Source: Octopus sinensis (lineage: Eukaryota). Taken from it: 64,000 nucleotides of DNA. The stretch covers positions 53,382,001 to 53,446,000 of the forward strand of contig NC_043012.1 of NCBI RefSeq assembly GCF_006345805.1. The letters run 5' to 3'. Below the pieces are notes generated by a model, which saw only the letters and a list, made by a program, of their open reading frames with translations, searched no databases and was not told the DNA's origin. Below, in pieces: positions 40,536 through 54,936 of this stretch (position 1 is its first letter; each line of letters begins with the position of its first letter). The position numbers and the translations under genes are program-made.

Positions 40536-41927
40536 AACCTTATATCTTCATATATACACGCATATTCATATATACATATATTCACACATAGACACGCTCC
40601 TACACGTATTAAAAAATATTTTGATAAAGCCTATTAATTAAACATTTCGAAAACCAAAGTTTTTTTGTTCGAAACCAGAGTGGAATCCAAGAAGGTGTTT
40701 ATTTGCATAAAAGATACTTTGTCACGCGTATGTAAGATGTTAACATTTGTAACACTCAAATACGCTGTCTTTAATGTAGCGTGTTAACTCATTTGTGTGT
40801 GTGCGGGCATGTTTATGTATGTATGTATGTATGTATGTATGTATGTATGTATGTATGTATATATATATATATACATATATATACACACATGTACACTCTC
40901 ACCAAACAGGAATATACACAGAAACACATATATATATATATGCATATATTTACAGAGGTGGGTATCATATTATTGTAGAGATTATTTTTCATTAACTTCC
41001 TATTGAAAATATAAATATAAATGCATGTGTGACCCTCTCTCTCTTTCTCTCGTTGTGTGTGTTGTGTGTGTGTGTGTGGTGTGTGTGTGTGTGTGTGTGT
41101 ATGAGTTTGTAAACATTTCTTGAAATAATGGTGCTTTTCTTTCAGGAAATATTGACATTTCTATGATAAAGATTTATTCTTCAGAAAATTTCCATTGAGA
41201 ACCTATATAGAATTAACTAAGTAATTTATATGCAGTCATTAGGAAACGAAATAAATATCTCGGAAGAAAAGTAACATACACACAAATTTACAAAGTAAAA
41301 TGGCTACACGAGCAGCTCTTAAATAAAATATAAAATGTCAATGAAACATTTTTGTTTTAATGCTTTTATTTTATGTGTCCATCCTATGGCTATTACCTTC
41401 ACCTTTAAAATTATGCAATTCTTTTAGAATATGGTTTAATAAATCATCTATAATATCAAAATCTGTTACGTCAGTTATCACTTGTATGTGTGTATTTGTG
41501 CTATGAAATAATAACGCTTTCATTTTTGTCTGGTATGTCAGATTCCGATAAGCTGTAAACTCGTTCATTTTTCTCATGGACATCTCTTGAGTCACTTAAT
41601 GAATCGTCTCGATCATTTCTTTTTCTCCTCGTACATGCACATTTCAGAAACTGTGCAGGATGATTCGGTATGAAGGATATGGCCGTGATTTGATCCTAAT
41701 ATAGTTTTAATGATCACATGGTCATCAATATATATATGGCGCAGCGTGGCTGTGAAATAAGAAGGTTGCTTCCCAACCACATGTTCCCGGGTTCAGTACC
41801 ACTGTGTGGAACCTTGGGCAAATGTCTTCTACTATAGCCTTGGACCGACCAAAATCTTGTGAATGGATCTAGTAGATAGAAACTGAAACAAGACCCGTCG
41901 TATATATATATATATATATATATATAA

Positions 41928-41974
<47 letters not shown>

Positions 41975-42218
41975 TATGCGTGAGTGTGTCTGTGTTTGTC
42001 CTCTCCATATTTTAGTGTGTTTACGTCCCCGTAACTTAGCGGTTCTACAAAAGAGACCGATAGAATAATTACTAGGCTTACAAAGAATAAGTCCTGGAGT
42101 CAATCAATTTGTTCCACTAAAGGCGGTGCTCCAGCATCGTCGCAGTCGAATTACTGAAACAAGTAAAAAGATAAAAGAATAAAAGAATATATATATAAAA
42201 TTTGGGCATGCAAGGTGT

Positions 42219-42448
42219 ATATAAGCCATTTAAAAACACACAAAACCCGTTAGATTCACTTTATTTAAATTTAATTTTTCTGAAAATATTTTCGTCATAA
42301 TGAACTAATTGTTATATTCTCAGATGCCGCCCGAAACTTTGTCAGTGATGAGGTCGCGGTTTGAAAGCGAAGAAAATATTTTCACACAAATTAAATTTAA
42401 ATGTTGAAGTGAATCTAACGGTTTTTGTGTGTTTTTAAATAGCTTATA
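42219..42448. repeat. Short element with ~65-bp terminal inverted repeats
   Basis: tataagccatttaaaaacacacaaaacccgttagattcactt / aagtgaatctaacggtttttgtgtgtttttaaatagcttata. Confidence 0.75.
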
Positions 42449-42628
42449 AACACCTTCCACGCTGCATGTGTTTTTGTCTCAGCATACGATCTAAGATCAA
42501 GTCACTTGCTATGCAATTACATCTCCGTAATATACTTTTTATTGATGTACCCGAAGAGACCCAGAACGTGTCGAAACATTTATTGTACCCAATAACGTCT
42601 ATTACACATTCCATCTATTACACATTCC

Positions 42629-42810
42629 CTATTGCGGGATACGAATTTGCTCTTTATGTAGAGTCGTTCTCTTTCTCAAGGTCATACTCGTTTGTCCAAT
42701 ATAGTTGTGTTCGCAACCCGAGCAGGTTATTACATAAATTAGGTTCTCAGAGGCACAAGTAAAACTAGTTTTAATTGTGAACCTCTTTCCTTGTTTGAAA
42801 AGGAAATCCG
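42629..42810 (-). pseudogene. PLE GIY-YIG endonuclease fragment
   Basis: FTCASENLIYVITCSGCEHNYIGQTSMTLRKRTTLHK. Adjacent diverged inverted pLTR fragments at 42880-42965 and 43132-43215. Confidence 0.88.
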
Positions 42811-43005
42811 AGCCTTCAAGCATTGTGAGGTATAACACTAAAGGTGACTGATATGTAAGGCTGGAGCAAAGTAAACTACAAATTGAAAAGTAAACAGAAC
42901 AAAGACGCAGTTTTAGCTTGTATTTCTACATTTCGAGGTAGAGAACCAGTCTCCAGGACATTTGTTAAAAAATGGTAATTGGATAAGATCGTTACTCAGA
43001 TGTGT

Positions 43006-43075
<70 letters not shown>

Positions 43076-43604
43076 TTGCGTGTGTATGTGTGTTTGTGGA
43101 AACGACCTTATCCATTTACCGCTTTTTTTTTCCAATGTCCTGAAGATGGATTCTTCACCCCGAAATATAGAGATACAAGGAAAAACTGCACCTTTACTCG
43201 GTTTGCTTTTCCATTTCTAGTTTATTTCGTACTTTCTCGCATTGTTACAACTATTGCTTTCGAGTGCGGAGACTCTCCCTCAAATATTGCAAGCATGTGT
43301 ACATTTTAGAATAATCTATGGTTGCATTCTAAAGTTACTACGAACCGCTGAGATAACGATTGAGAATTTTTGCTATTATACAAGATGTACCTGTGCAGAC
43401 AGAGTATATTTCATGTAGACCTCCACTTTTTAGATCGACGATATGATATCGGTGTTACACATTGCATGACAAGACTAACTACCTATTAACCTCAAAATTT
43501 TATTTCAGAGATAATTTCTCCTAGATTGGTTATTATCACAAAACGAAAGAACCTAATGTGTCCTTGTAAGGAAAGATGACCTGTATATATACACACATAT
43601 AAAT

Positions 43605-43745
43605 ACGAGGCGGTGCTGGGAAGTTCTTGACATGGGGAAAAGAAAATACAGGAGTATCAGTTAATTATGATTTTATTCAACATATTCCCCTCTCAAATTC
43701 TCACAATTATTTCAGCGGTCCTTCACTTTTTCTAAGCCCTCTTAA
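43605..43745 (-). mobile_element. Mariner 3' end fragment
   Basis: EGLEKVKDR*NNCENLRGEYVE* followed by a tacgagg-type TIR. Confidence 0.65.
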
Positions 43746-43856
43746 ATGAACGAGGAAGATTACGCCTCCGACCTGGCCTTTCTAAATATTCTTAAAGCGG
43801 GGAACCTTTCAGCACCCCTTCGTACAACATACACAGAGACACATAGACACACGCGC

Positions 43857-43893
<37 letters not shown>

Positions 43894-43896
43894 TAT

Positions 43897-43928
<32 letters not shown>

Positions 43929-43948
43929 GATATATATAGATATTATAT

Positions 43949-44019
<71 letters not shown>

Positions 44020-44214
44020 CGCAGGAGTGGCTGTGTGGGAAGAAGCTTGCTTCCTAACCACATGGTTCCAGGTTCAGTCCTACTGCGTGGCATCTTCCGC
44101 AAGTGTCTTCTACTAAGCCTAGGGCCGAGCAAACTCTTTTGAATGGATATGAAGCCCGTCTTATATATAGATTATATATATATAATATATATATATAACA
44201 TATATATATACATA

Positions 44215-44260
<46 letters not shown>

Positions 44261-44462
44261 TGTATGTATGTGTTTGTTGTTTGTGCCTGTGTTTGTCCCT
44301 CCACCATCGCTTGGCAACCGATGTGTTTAGGTTCCCGTCACTTAGCGATTCACCAAAAATAAGTCCTGGGGTTGATTTAATCGACTAAAGGTGGTGCTCC
44401 AGCGTGACCGCAGTCAAATAACTGAAACAAGTGAAAGAGTAAAGAGTAAAAGAGTATATAGA

Positions 44463-44562
<100 letters not shown>

Positions 44563-46009
44563 CATACATATACATATATATCGTCCAGTTGGAATCTTAT
44601 ACGCGTCAGAATGGAAGCAACATATAGCAATAGTGCTGTTATCATGATGCTGAAAATGCAATTGTAGTTTTAATACCATTCTTTGAAAAAAACTCATGAA
44701 CGTCCATGATAAATTTTTCTTCTAGTATATGTACTATATTACATGAGATTAAACGCTCTCATGAAGCAAAAACCTTGTTAAAATTGTTTAAAGAAAGATA
44801 ATAGAATTCGTGTGTTTCCAATGGAAACAATATAAACAGTTCTCGATGACATGCAAGAATCGGATCATTTATAACTTTAGGAATATTACTACGAAGCATT
44901 GCAAGAAGTCTTCATTGTCTCTTTTTTTTAATAACGACTAAAAAGTTGAGAGAAAGCAATCATAGGAAACAGAAATTCTAACAATGAAATGTATAAAGAA
45001 AAAAATGAAGAATTACATGAATTTGTGTAAAGTGATTTTTATGATGTTGAATACCAAGCAATGTAAAATCTGTAAGAAATAAAAGTCACTTCTCTCTCAA
45101 ACCGTGCACGCTACAGTTTTATAATAGCGACACATTGGTTAAGGTGCTGTGAGGTGCATTCTGCCGGAAGTGAATGACAGAATCTTCAAGTTTGGAAAAC
45201 CTATTATCAGCGAATTGACTTTTGTCTAAATAACAACAAAAACAACTACTATTAGAAAAAAAATTATAACCACAGATAAGAACGGAGTAAGAGATTATTT
45301 ATACTAGAAGCTAACGGAATGCTTTACTGATAAACACAGTTATACATTAAATGAAATTTCCTATGATAAATGTGGTTGCAGTTATTACAAGGGAGATAAT
45401 CGTTTCTTCACAATTTTAAGTGGGATTATGAATTTTAATTTGTGATTTAGTTATTATAATGAAAAACTTGAATAGAATTCACAAATGTAACATTTCTTTA
45501 CTCTTTACAGTTTTCTTAAAAATTCTATGCTACATCCTACACTTGCGCTATGGACTGAGACTGATCCATCTCATATAATATAAATTGTATGAAAATATCA
45601 TCGTTATATATGTCCACTATTTCTTAGAAACAAAATGTAACCATACAGATTTAAACCCCTCATCTATCATTAAAGCGCCAGTAAGGCTAAGAAAATTCAT
45701 CAAATACCAACGAAAGCTGCTAAACACTAGCAGTTAGTGTAAAAGAAATTTCACTCCTCATAATCGAGTGCTCGGGGATTCGAAACTGGATTTTGATAGC
45801 CTGGCGCGCTCTACGCAGAGGGTAGGCTATGAATACACTGTAGTTAATATTTGTATTAACACATTTAAATTAGGAATCATCAAAAAGCTCTATTTTCAGT
45901 AGAATATTTTTGTTTTGAACTTAAATCATTAAAAGAACATATGAAATTTGCAAAAATTAAAACAGTAGATGTGTTCACTCTATTCATCTATTTATCTTAC
46001 ATTCTGTGA

Positions 46010-46420
46010 CAATTCTTCTTGTTCTTGTGACGGCGTTCACTCAGGGCGGGTTGAGCCGGCTTCTTCCCTGGTCCTGACGACATCACGAACCATGGTGGCC
46101 CACGCTCGACGGTCCTGTGAAGGGTCACTGGAGATAGCGAGTCGTTCGCGGTTCCATCTGCGCAGACCGACCACCTGCGGACCTGAGAGTTCGGAGAGGT
46201 CCTCCTTTATCGTCGTTGTCCAGGTCTTCAGCTGTCCGCCCGTGCGTTTGCGCCTGTTGGGAAGTAGGGGTGGGAGGAGGACATCGCAAATCGGCTCACC
46301 CCCTATGACGCCGGCTCTGCTGCACATGCGAACAACCTAAGCGCCGTTATAGAAGCACCGAAGAGAGAAGCCGGCGATTCAGGCGATGACGAGGACTGGC
46401 TGTAAGAACCCAATCAATGC
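46010..46420 (-). mobile_element. RTE-clade LINE 3' fragment
   Basis: RRKRTGGQLKTWTTTIKEDL...QDRRAWATMVRD with a caagaacaag-type tail. Confidence 0.8.
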
Positions 46421-47087
46421 GTCGGCCGCGAAGAATGCGGCGGAGACAGTGATACAAGTGTATGTACGACCCACCGTTTCGAAGTACGAATTTAGTTTCG
46501 GCAAGTCACAAGCGGCTTTTTGACATTGACAAGCCTGCATTAGTGTGAAATGCGTCTGTGATTCTTGTGCGTTGCTACTGTCACGGAGTTCACCTCACTG
46601 CAATACATAATGTTTATTTAAGACGACATGATTCTGAACAGACTTTTTCTCAGAAGAAAACCACAGCATGATATCTTTGAAAGGTCTATATAATTTTCGC
46701 ATCATGCACAAATGATGATATCAACTCGATGCTGTTTGAATTGTATTCACCGAGTTATATACATTCGTAGACATACGTATATGCATATATATATATATAT
46801 ATATGTTAGATATGTTTCAGTGCGTGTATTGTTCTATGCGTAGAAGTTTAGCCCTAAGTCAAACCACATGTTTGAGGACGCATATTATCAAATAAACTCT
46901 AACCAAGACTGAAAATATATTATCTTCAATGACGTTATATTCTGCATTACACTTTCAAGCACACCGTTTCTTTGAGGTCTATGAATGTGGATGCATTCGG
47001 GTGTGCGTGTGTAACATTCTGTGGTATGTACAAATATGTCACACACTAAATATAATTTGCGCAGATGGAGATTTGATTATATATATA

Positions 47088-47139
<52 letters not shown>

Positions 47140-47163
47140 TTATATATATATACATATTATACA

Positions 47164-47208
<45 letters not shown>

Positions 47209-47340
47209 CATATATATATATATGAGACAAAACACATTTTCAAAACAACAAGGAAAGAATATCAATACATAAAATTTAATAAAATAGTCAAAAAACCGAC
47301 TATATATAAATACAGATATATATATATATATATATATATC

Positions 47341-47372
<32 letters not shown>

Positions 47373-47595
47373 TAATATATATATATATATATATCACACA
47401 CACGCACGTATATATATATATATATATATTATATTTTGTATGAAAAAATTGTACATATAGAATAGATACCGATATATATATATATACACATATAGATAGA
47501 ATATATCAGCATACATGTATATATATTCATGAGCGTTATACTACATCTTTTGTTTTGTACACCATCTTCGTCTTTTGTTTTTTTCCGTAAACTCT

Positions 47596-47642
<47 letters not shown>

Positions 47643-48862
47643 CATACATGTGCGCACGCGTTTGTGTGTGTGTGTGTATACATAATTCTTTACTTCTCGT
47701 TTCTTTCATGGCCTTCTGTCATTGGACTGCAGCCACTAGAGTACAACAATATTACGCGTTTGATTACTCGAGTCGAACCAATTGCTTATTATAAAGTTTA
47801 GTACATACTTAACCCCGTTCTCGATTTGTCGAACTTCTACGCTAGAACAAATAAGAAACACCACCAGTTATAAAGTAGTTTCAAGCAAACATGACCACAC
47901 ACACACACATTGCAGACATACGGGCTCGCGCACAACAGAAATCCACACTGTTTTCGAATTCATTCAGTAAACATTATTTAGAGATGACATTTGCCCAATG
48001 TACCATGCAGTGCGATCCAAGCGAAAGACAACTCGATGTTTGCGAAGGAGGCTTCTTAACTACACCGATATGATTACACATACATTTACATAAATACATA
48101 CATACATACATGAATAACGCACACATGCACACACACATGCACACACATACATACGTACGTACATACTCGCATATATAGACAAGCGTACAGAAACACATAT
48201 ATGTGTGTTTGTGTATGTGTTGCTGTGTTTTTGCAGGTATTCGTGTGTGTGTTTGAGTATGTGTTGCTGTGTTTGTGCGGGCATGCATGTGTGTGCTTGT
48301 GTGTAAGTGTTTGTGTGTGCCTGCGCGCGAATGTCTGCTTGCGTGTATAGGAATAAGATTGTACATTGGTACCTATTGTAATGAAAGAAAAACATTATTT
48401 ATCATTGTTGAGTAGATTGAAATGAAATTCATACAAAGCCGAATTTACAAGAGTTTCTCGTTATCTTTCCTCAGGTGACTGAATATCAATGTTTAGAATT
48501 GTATACGTTGATCGATTAGCTTTTATTTGGATCCGCTATTATCATGAAAACTTGTGAACTGTGCAAGAAGTGAAGTCGGACGAGTGAAGAGATGATGGCG
48601 AGATGTTAGAAGAGACTAGAGTGTAAATCGAAATCGGGAAGGAGAGATATCAATGGATTCAATAAGGCAAGTAAGAAGCAAGCGCAGATGAACGGGAGTG
48701 GATACGGGGTGGAAGGAGAAGCAAGAAGGAGAGGGCAAGATGATTAGAAAAGGAAAAGACGGACGAGGGGTAGGAGCGGAAAAGGAAGGAGGAGCTTCAG
48801 GAAAAGTATCAAAGAAATAGAAGAAAACAAAAGGAGAAACGATGATGACGACGACGAGGATG

Positions 48863-48902
<40 letters not shown>

Positions 48903-49535
48903 CAACGAGGACGACGATGATGATGGGGAAGATGAGGACGATAACAACGACGGCGATGATGCTGGTGATGTAGAGGAAAAGATATAATAACCGACAGCGG
49001 GAACCGTAATATAATTACGTAAAAAGGTAATGGAAAGATGAAATAAAATATAAACGAAAGTATCTTTGCTTATATATATTCGATTGGAATTCGATTGCCT
49101 ATGATCATTCCACTGCAGAAAGAAGGCCCCAATTTGTTCTCTCCACCAACCATGATCTGATGTGTAGGCCATGAATTAAATCTTGGCTACATGCACGTCT
49201 CATGAGCTTACTCTGTCATACTGACTCAACATGGACTGGCAGAGGAGTGCAGTTTTATACTCACGCTCAGGAGTAATGTTGAATACATCGACTCCAAGTG
49301 ATATTTATTTTATCAACTGCAAAAGGATGAAAGGCAAAGTCGAGGGAATTTGAGCTTAGAACGTAAGAACGGACGAAGTACTGCTAAGCGTTTCGCCCGG
49401 CCTGCTTAACGATTCTACCAGCTCATCGCGAGCTGAATGGGTGGACAGGTGCTTGGATAGATAGACAGATATGTAAATATAAACACACACGCATATATAT
49501 ACATACATACATACATACATACATACATACATACA

Positions 49536-49571
<36 letters not shown>

Positions 49572-49781
49572 TATTTAAGTAGGTGAATGAATTATCCTAT
49601 GTTTATCGTCAGCATGGAAAATTCGTTTAACCGAAACCTAGGTAGCAAATTCACGTCAGAAACACGGTTGAAGCGACCTGTCAAGGGTAGAAATTCCGGG
49701 TTCATGTGCAGAAATTTGTGTGTTGTATATGAATAAATGAAAGAATGGAGTCGAACGAAGATGTTAACAAAATTCCTTTAC

Positions 49782-49860
49782 TCTCGACATATATTTCGAA
49801 GACACCATGTTTCCATTCCAAAGGAATAAGGGTGCATTATGCAATCTTCTCATCAGAAAG
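49782..49860 (-). ncRNA. Type I hammerhead motif in the 3' pLTR, weakened stems
   Basis: CTGATGA-GAAGA...TCTTC-GAAA-TA-ta-TG-TC/gaga; stem I has lost one C relative to the mirror copy. Confidence 0.65.
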
Positions 49861-50139
49861 AAAGGGAGCCTCTCTCGACAACAAGACAAACAAAAATTTC
49901 GATGATTGCCTACATGGTAAACAAAGTGATAATGAGTGTTTTTTTTAAATGACCGTTAGAAGAATTGACGTCAAAAATAGATAGTAGGAAGAGAAGGGAT
50001 AAAGTAATAATAGGTAGGGAACAAGTGGAGAGGGGAGGGTACGTTGATTGAAAGTATGTTCGAAGGCTTAGGAAAGAATTCCTCTATAGCAGTGGGGTGG
50101 ACATAAAGCTAATTGTTCAAACCACAGTGACTATCGTTA

Positions 50140-51921
50140 TCATTTATATGAGTAGAAAGTGTGTTTCTGCCAGTGTTTACATTTGTATGATTTTTCTATG
50201 AGTGTGTTTACTAGGGGAACTTTAGAGAAAAGAATATGGAAGAGTTCAGAGTTACAAATGTTACAAAATATCCTGCCCTTATCAAAAGGAAAGGATACAG
50301 ACAGTATGAACCAATCTAACTTGAAAATTATATTGTCTTTAAGACGCCAAACTAAGTTACTTAGCCCTGTACTATGTCGTTTTTTACTATCCCTGAATGT
50401 TGAATAGTAGTTTGAAATTCTCTTGGATAACTGGTAAGTGGCCGCTCCTATATAGAAGAAGACATCGGTACCGGAAGAAATTCTACACTGGTAAATAGAA
50501 TTCTTAATCTTAGAATTACTAGACAAAAATTTAATTCTGTTGGGGTTATCCTCCGAGATCGAAACGAAGTTTTTATTGTTATGATTGTTGTTACTATTAT
50601 TGTTAGCGCTAACAACTACACTATTTCTATTATTATTAGTATTATTAATGGTATTACAACCAGTAATACCACCGACAATAATACCGTTATTGTTGTTACC
50701 ATCAGCACTACCATTGTTATTAACACGACTAATACTATTATTAATATTATCATTGTTAACACTTTCGCTGCTACTAATGCTGTTACTATTAATACTATTC
50801 CGATTATTATGATTGTATGATGGGTTGGAATTAGCAAGATTAGTGTTGGAACTCCTGGGCGAAGAATCTTTGTTTAGCAGGTATTGTGGGAAGATATAAT
50901 TTGTGAAAGATTCCTAGTGTTAGAGAAAGCGATTCTGACCTTGTGGGAATCGATAATAGAATGATATCTAGAATTTCTGGGAAAGTTTCTAGCAACTGCT
51001 TCATGGAACTGTAAGGGAAGGTTCGATTTAATTTGTTTTCCGAAAGGAATTACGAACCAGATACAGCTTTTTGTGGCCTTTGAATTGTTCTTAGTGTTAT
51101 TAGTGATAGTAAGGGGAAAACTTTCTGGGTTGGAAATTTGGGGTTGCATGGCGCTTACCTCCCCTAGTCCATAAAGAATTTATTTTATATACAGGGTTGC
51201 TGGCACTATTAGAATTGAAATCATTATTCCTATTACGAGTAACTTTACTATCTGGAGAAGCAGATGTTGGTTTAGAATGAGCTGAGTCGATGTATGACAC
51301 TTTCTCCTTATAACCGGCTCTTAACAAGGCGGCGTTATAGAAGTCTGCCTTTTGGTTAAAGATGTGGACATTAGCAGATAATTTGGACAGTCTCAGAGAT
51401 ATGTTTTTAACTAAATTATCGGTAATTGGCCTGGCATGATTACTGAAAATGCTAATATACTTAAGATTTGTGGAAGGTTTATGATAAGGGAAGTATAAGT
51501 TATTCTGCAAATTGAGGGTAATGTCTAAGAAGTTGGCTTTAGTTAATTCATCGTCAAAAACTATGCGTAAGCCCATTCTACTAAAAAACCTAACTAATCT
51601 GTTCTTAACCTTCTGTATTTTTTGGTTCGAAAGGTTTTGGAGGTAAAGCAGACAATCGTTGCGATAAAGACCTCCACAGATGTCCGGGAATTGGTCGGCC
51701 ATTTCATAACGAATATAAATTCCGACCAAATCGGCTATCTGGGCGCTGTCTGTACTTCCCATTAGTACATCAAACGCATTAGGGGTATCTCTACGGACCC
51801 ACAACTTGCTATCGAACTGGATGAAAGATTTCCTAGCAGTCAATATCACACTAATTTCCTCCCTGGAGAGGCTTGCCTTATTGTGTGCGTGCCATAGGGC
51901 TTTAACACCAAATTTATCCAA
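50140..51921 (-). pseudogene. PLE RT plus C-terminal GIY-YIG endonuclease, two frameshifts
   Basis: FDVLMGSTDSAQIADLVGIY, LYRNDCL (from YRDDGL), NFLDITLNL, YISIFSNH, IWFVIPF, IYQC..FYIGAA, CNIC..E and KCKH. Frame 50880-50140 is open on manual translation. Confidence 0.9.
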
Positions 51922-52222
51922 TTCGATATATCTATTTTCTATTCTTCAATCAACCCTATTATACTGTGGTTTGAACAATTAGCTTTACATCCACCCACTT
52001 CTATAGAGAAATTCTTTCCTAAGCCTTCGAACATTCTTTCAATCAACGTACCCTTCCCTCTCCACTTGTTCCCCACCTATTATTACTTTATCCCTTCTCT
52101 TCCTACTATCTATTTTTGACGTCAATTCTTCTAACGGCTATTTAAAAAAAAACACTCATTATCGCTTTGTTTACAATGTAGGCAATCATCGAAATTTTTG
52201 TCTGTCTTGTTGTTTTTGTTTC

Positions 52223-52302
52223 TTTCCTGATGAGAAGATTGTATAATGCACCCTTTATTCCTTTGGAATGAAAACATGCTGTCTTCGAAACATGTGTCGA
52301 GA
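52223..52302 (+). ncRNA. Canonical type I hammerhead ribozyme motif in the inverted pLTR
   Basis: tttc-CTGATGA-GAAGA...TCTTC-GAAA-CA-tg-TG-TC/gaga; GUC site, predicted cut after 52298. Confidence 0.85.
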
Positions 52303-52404
52303 GTAAAGGAATTTTGTTAACATCTTCGTTCGACTTCATTCTTTCATTTATTTACATACATATATATATATATACACACACATACATATATACATATACA
52401 CACT

Positions 52405-52442
<38 letters not shown>

Positions 52443-52758
52443 CGATAGACCTCTGTCAATTTGTGTGTAGCAAATCTTACAAGGCTTCGGTAGGCCGGTG
52501 GCTATAATAGATGACACTTGTCCAGAGCGCCATGCAATGGAACTGAACAAAGAACCATTTGGCTGGGAATCAAAATTTTTACAGCGACACCTGCGACTAT
52601 ATGTACATATGTACATACACCCCCCAACACACACACACACATATATATATGTATGTATGTATACATATATATATATATATATATATATATGCTTTGTATA
52701 AATAACTAATCTGTTTTTCAACTATAAATACGTGTGTGTGTATATATATATATCTATA

Positions 52759-52829
<71 letters not shown>

Positions 52830-52899
52830 CATACATACAAATATGTATGTATGAATGTATAGTTGAACAAATATTACAGATCTATACAGATCAAATTTT

Positions 52900-53450
52900 T
52901 ATAGATAAAAGATGTAGGTGGAAATAGCACAGAAGTAAAACTAGGAGAATTTAGAAATAACTTAATAAATTGATTTAGAAATTATATATAAAAAAAAATA
53001 TAGAATATTACCGGTTTCGATGATGAATTTCATATTAGCAAATATTACTGGAAATTTATAAAAATTTGAATTAAAAACAGTTTATCTTCTGCCAGGGGGT
53101 CAAAAACATGTCTGGAGTTTTTTCGTTGAAGATTTCTTTAAATATAGTTTTAGATAACTACATCCCTATCTTTCTCTCTAACACTTTGAACTCTATATCC
53201 AACTGTATTTAAAGAAGACATCAACGAAAAATCTGCAGCACGTTTTTAAACCCCGGACAGAAGATAAAATGTTTTTTACTTCAAATTCTTATAAATTTTT
53301 ACTAATATTTGATAAGATGAGACTCATCACCAAAACCGGTAATATTGTATATTTTATTTATATATTTTTAAATCATTTTATTAAATTCTTTCTAAATTGA
53401 AAACTTTTAGATATACTTCTGTGCTATTTCCACCTCCATCTTATAAATAT
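52900..53450. repeat. Old AT-rich foldback (~250-bp arms) with eroded hammerhead remnants
   Basis: Arms pair along their length (gatgtaggtggaaatagcacagaagta / tacttctgtgctatttccacctccatc). Confidence 0.75.
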
Positions 53451-53522
53451 ATCTATATTTAATATATATGTTAATATATAATATATATTATATATATATA
53501 TATATATTATTAGATAAATATA

Positions 53523-53553
<31 letters not shown>

Positions 53554-53577
53554 CATTATATATAATATATATATATA

Positions 53578-53660
<83 letters not shown>

Positions 53661-53871
53661 TAGAGCAAAAATATATTCGTATATTGGAATGTGAGTTTTC
53701 TCTTCGATGACATTCTCTACTTTCGTTTCCGTTTGCCAACATCGCTACAAAAACGGAAACGGAAGACTCAAATTGAGGGAAGTCCAGCTTTTCAAATTCG
53801 AATGATTCATTAAACACCACTACATGTTGTAAGCAGTTTTGTCTCTATTTGAAGACTTATCTATACATGTG

Positions 53872-53908
<37 letters not shown>

Positions 53909-54496
53909 TGTGTTTGTGTGTATACGTATATATACGTACAAACATACATAGATACAGATATATATTTACACAAATATTCACGTATTCAAATGTATGTAAT
54001 TTTGTATATATATATATATTGTATGTATGTATGTATGCATGTAGGTATGTATATATATATAATAATATGTATATATATATATGTATGTATATATGTATGT
54101 ATATATATGTATGTACGGTTTCTTACATTTATATGTATGAATAATACACACACACGCACACACATGTATGTGTCTATCAATCTTATATGTATATGTATAT
54201 ATATTATATACATAAAGATTTCTACATACATGTATTTATAAAGATATATTCATATCTGCATATACCCACATACATACATACACACACATGCATACATACA
54301 TACACACATACACACATCTGAATACTACACACACACGCACACACATGTATGTGTCTATCATTCTTATATGTATATGTATGTGCATATATATTATATATAT
54401 ATATACATAAAGATTTCTATATACATGTATTTATAAAGATATATTCATATCTGCATATACCCACATACATACACACACATACATACATACATACAT

Positions 54497-54540
<44 letters not shown>

Positions 54541-54715
54541 ATAAATATATATATTATATATATATAGTATGTATATATATATTGTATGTATGTTTGTATG
54601 TATGTATTTATGTATGTATATATGTATGTATGTACGGTTTCTTTACATTTATATGTATGAATACTACAACACCACACCCACACATGTATGTGTCTATCAT
54701 TCTTATATGTATATC

Positions 54716-54761
<46 letters not shown>

Positions 54762-54902
54762 ATACATAAAGATTTCTATATACATGTATTTATAAAGATA
54801 TATTCATATCTGCATATACCCACATACATACATACATACACATGCATATATACATACACACATGCATACATACATACATACATACATACATACATACATA
54901 CA

Positions 54903-54936
<34 letters not shown>

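Larger units (their letters stand above)
49732..52352 (-). mobile_element. Naiad-clade Penelope-like retroelement, 5'-truncated, with a 3' pLTR (49732-50128) and an inverted 5' pLTR (51963-52352)
   Basis: The ~395-bp arms are reverse complements of each other and enclose RT, linker and GIY-YIG coding segments. Confidence 0.9.

Noticed and set aside
41146-41696. Exon-like segments (41146-41220 plus; ~41500-41696 minus)
   Set aside because: Short, they end in stops, have no recognisable homology and no linked exons.
42545-42595. CCGAAGA-gac...gtc-GAAA-CA...TGTA hammerhead-like motif
   Set aside because: Core mutated and stem I does not pair; at most a fossil.
49860-50140. SECIS or selenocysteine in the Naiad element
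   Set aside because: Conserved Cys codons are normal, the only TGA is terminal, and no SECIS-like stem was seen.
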